Made by a program: the position numbers and the translations under genes. From a virus (lineage: Duplodnaviria; Caudoviricetes), in IMG/VR virus record IMGVR_UViG_3300006105_000091, positions 1 through 27,446 of that record: DNA of 27,446 bases; one strand, 5' to 3'. The notes beneath the pieces were generated by a model. The model did not search any database. It had not been told where the DNA came from and saw nothing but the letters and a program-made list of their open reading frames with translations. Positions within the stretch are counted from its first letter, which is position 1. Each line of letters begins with the position of its first letter. This document shows positions 25,460-27,446 of this stretch, in pieces.

Positions 25460-25772
25460 CGCGCTTTAGTCCTTTCATAGACTTCTGGCGGTCATGTTTA
25501 TCATCCATAGAGGATGCTTCCCAAGCCTTCATGGACATACCATGCTTCTTGGCCAACTTCTTGTCTTGAGCTTCGTCTTTTGCAGAACCTTCAAAAGCCA
25601 TGCCGCCCTTTTTGAAAGGCATGGTTTTCTTGGCTGGCTGTTTAACTTGCTTGTCGCTGCTTTTTAACAAACCACCCATTGCAAAGGCGGTTGTTTTACC
25701 TTTTGGCTGTGGGATTGCTTTACCCATTGCCATCATTTTGTGCTGTCTTGTATTTGCGTTAGTCGATTCCAT
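25443..25772 (-). CDS. Small Lys/Met-rich hypothetical protein
   Basis: 109 aa with FAMGG, FKKGG and LKRGG. 'FEGSAKDEAQDKKLAKK.GMSMKAWE.S.MD.KHD'. Confidence 0.75.
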   Translation of the reverse strand: MESTNANTRQHKMMAMGKAIPQPKGKTTAFAMGGLLKSSDKQVKQPAKKTMPFKKGGMAFEGSAKDEAQDKKLAKKHGMSMKAWEASSMDDKHDRQKSMKGLKRGGKAC

Positions 25773-25777
25773 CGCAT

Positions 25778-27446
25778 TTATCCTTTTGCTATGCCTGTAC
25801 CATTTTTGAGGTTGGTACGATGCCCAGCCTCTAATTCAGACGCAGCAATAAGCATTGCCGTCTGGTTGTCTTCGCGGTTCATTTGTTCCCGCGCCTGAAT
25901 TTCTAGTTGTTTGTTTTGAGTATCAGAAGCAATCTTCTGTTGATCTGTCTGGGTCTTGGCTTGGTCCGCCATAGCCTTGCGTTGCGTTTCAGCTTGTTGT
26001 GCTTGGATTGCAAGTTGAGTAGGATCGGGTTGTGGTGGTTGATACTGCTGCATCAACTGGATTGCTTGCTGGATAATTTGTGGAATTGAACCCAACGTGC
26101 GAGCAGCTTCAGCTTCTACATGAGCATCAGCTGATGCAAGCATCCGATCAAATGCCTGATCTACTTCAGCATTTTTAGGGTCCATAAGCATTGTAATATC
26201 ATGCCCAACTGCGGCAGATGCAATACGAACCGTTTCCGTTACATACCAAAGAGCAATATGATCTTTAATATGGTTTAACATTGGTGGGATTACGACCGGG
26301 GCAATTATACGACTGCCACCCAACAATGGATTAGAAATGTAGCTCAAATGAACTTGAATATGAGCCAAGTGATCTTGTTCAGGGAATGCCACAATAGGAG
26401 AACCCATTGTTGCAGCCACGTTTTCATTAACAGCATTTAACTTCTGAGGCTCTGGAACCTTTTTCAAAAGGCTTTTTGCATTTGGAATCTTGGTGCGATC
26501 AAGAATCATTTCCTCAACTTTACGCAAATCGTAAAGATCAGGCATTGCTTGAGCGCGTTGTTCAACAATCTGGAGCTGGGCAAACCGCTGCACTTCAGAA
26601 AAGATGTTAGGGTCAGATACCGGAATAACGTCCATTGGACCGTCAAAGTCCGACCGGCGAACCATTAACTCGCCTGTCTCGTCATAGACATCTACATCAT
26701 CAAGGTATGTTTTATTAAGACGGTGTAAAACCTTTAAGGTGCGTCCCATTGCGTCATGTAGACGGGCGTGAATGGCGTTAAATACCACCATACCTTGCTC
26801 AATAAGGGCAAGCGTTGTTCCGACTGGAAGGCGATCCGGATTGTCCGAGATGTCTTCAAATGTCGTTCTAACTACACCCTTAGCAGCATCAACGAGGAAC
26901 CCCATAAGGGTAAACAGCGTTTGTGACGGTCCGGGAAACGGCAGCTGCATAAATGTTTTGCGGATGTCGTCGTTATTGGGTGTACCTTCGACCTCAATAA
27001 CCTGAGTAGGCTGGATGTTAAGGCTTTGACCGCCCCTTGATCCGCCCTTCAACTTCAGTCCCGTTTGTGAGTTTTGAATATGAGCGCTGTCCATAAGCGC
27101 ACGAAGCGAGCCAGTGATAGCAGCTGATAGTCCACCAATCATATGGACAATGCCGATTGGGTATGCACCGCGCCAAGGAACAAACGGGAACTCGACAATC
27201 CAGTCAAGCGCAACACGGCGCTTATCGTCCATGTCCCAGTTGCGGTAAACGGCTAGAATTTCTTTTGATGCGCGGTCAATTGTGATGATGTACGGCGCAA
27301 CTTCACCGTCGGTCTGGTCGTCTTCTTCAATTTCGCACTCGGCGTAAATTTCATATATTTCACGAAGGCCGTCATCATCATAGTAATCAAATTGCTCACG
27401 GCCTTCAATTTTGTCATTGGCTTTTTCCGCTTTGGTTTGTTCTGGT
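25778..27446 (-). CDS. Portal protein (5' end outside the window)
   Basis: The frame is open from the right edge (PEQTKAEKANDKIEGR...DGLREIYE...PYIITIDRASKEILAVYRNWDMDD...). It continues into 'F.PWRGAYPIG..HMIGGLS.A.TGSLRAL.DSAHI.N', 'PVGTTLALIEQG..VF.AIHARLH' and 'DVIPVSDPNIFS', with a Gln-rich C-terminal coiled coil. Confidence 0.88.
   Translation of the reverse strand, partial: PEQTKAEKANDKIEGREQFDYYDDDGLREIYEIYAECEIEEDDQTDGEVAPYIITIDRASKEILAVYRNWDMDDKRRVALDWIVEFPFVPWRGAYPIGIVHMIGGLSAAITGSLRALMDSAHIQNSQTGLKLKGGSRGGQSLNIQPTQVIEVEGTPNNDDIRKTFMQLPFPGPSQTLFTLMGFLVDAAKGVVRTTFEDISDNPDRLPVGTTLALIEQGMVVFNAIHARLHDAMGRTLKVLHRLNKTYLDDVDVYDETGELMVRRSDFDGPMDVIPVSDPNIFSEVQRFAQLQIVEQRAQAMPDLYDLRKVEEMILDRTKIPNAKSLLKKVPEPQKLNAVNENVAATMGSPIVAFPEQDHLAHIQVHLSYISNPLLGGSRIIAPVVIPPMLNHIKDHIALWYVTETVRIASAAVGHDITMLMDPKNAEVDQAFDRMLASADAHVEAEAARTLGSIPQIIQQAIQLMQQYQPPQPDPTQLAIQAQQAETQRKAMADQAKTQTDQQKIASDTQNKQLEIQAREQMNREDNQTAMLIAASELEAGHRTNLKNGTGIAKG

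Noticed and set aside
325-27005. Numerous plus-strand ORFs in the track (e.g. 4256..4708, 10930..11289, 15661..16095, 21049..21525)
   Set aside because: They are antisense shadows of Gly/Thr/Ala-rich minus-strand genes. The minus strand is already tiled with coupled genes, and these ORFs show no recognisable motifs.
1-27446. Stop-codon reassignment (alternative genetic code)
   Set aside because: Genes are intact under the standard code. TAA, TGA and TAG (e.g. 9177, 23348) all occur as true gene ends followed closely by the next start.

Overview
The window is one continuous minus-strand virion morphogenesis and lysis region of a tailed dsDNA phage. It is podovirus-like: a nozzle and ejection proteins are present, with no recognisable tape measure, sheath or tube gene. 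In transcription order (right to left) it encodes a portal (cut by the right edge), a small Lys-rich protein, a GroES/Cpn10-like co-chaperonin, a scaffold, capsid-associated proteins and the major capsid protein, followed by hairpins. Next come a cluster of small basic proteins, a head-tail adaptor, a Cys-containing protein, a highly modular fibre/receptor-binding cassette including an S74 auto-cleaving chaperone, and a holin with a GH108 endolysin. It ends with a second adaptor, a tail protein, a P22-gp10-like nozzle and putative ejection proteins, the last running off the left edge. I found two genes missing from the ORF track (1..2037 and 20098..20253) and extended the portal to the right edge. 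The most notable signals are a recurrent hydrophobic-[AK]-x-G-G motif in the putative internal proteins, small beta-rich modules inserted into several structural proteins, a shared C-terminal '...LG-stop' motif, and GroES in the head operon. No tRNA, CRISPR array, integrase or reverse transcriptase was seen. All family calls come from motif recognition and gene order, not database searches.
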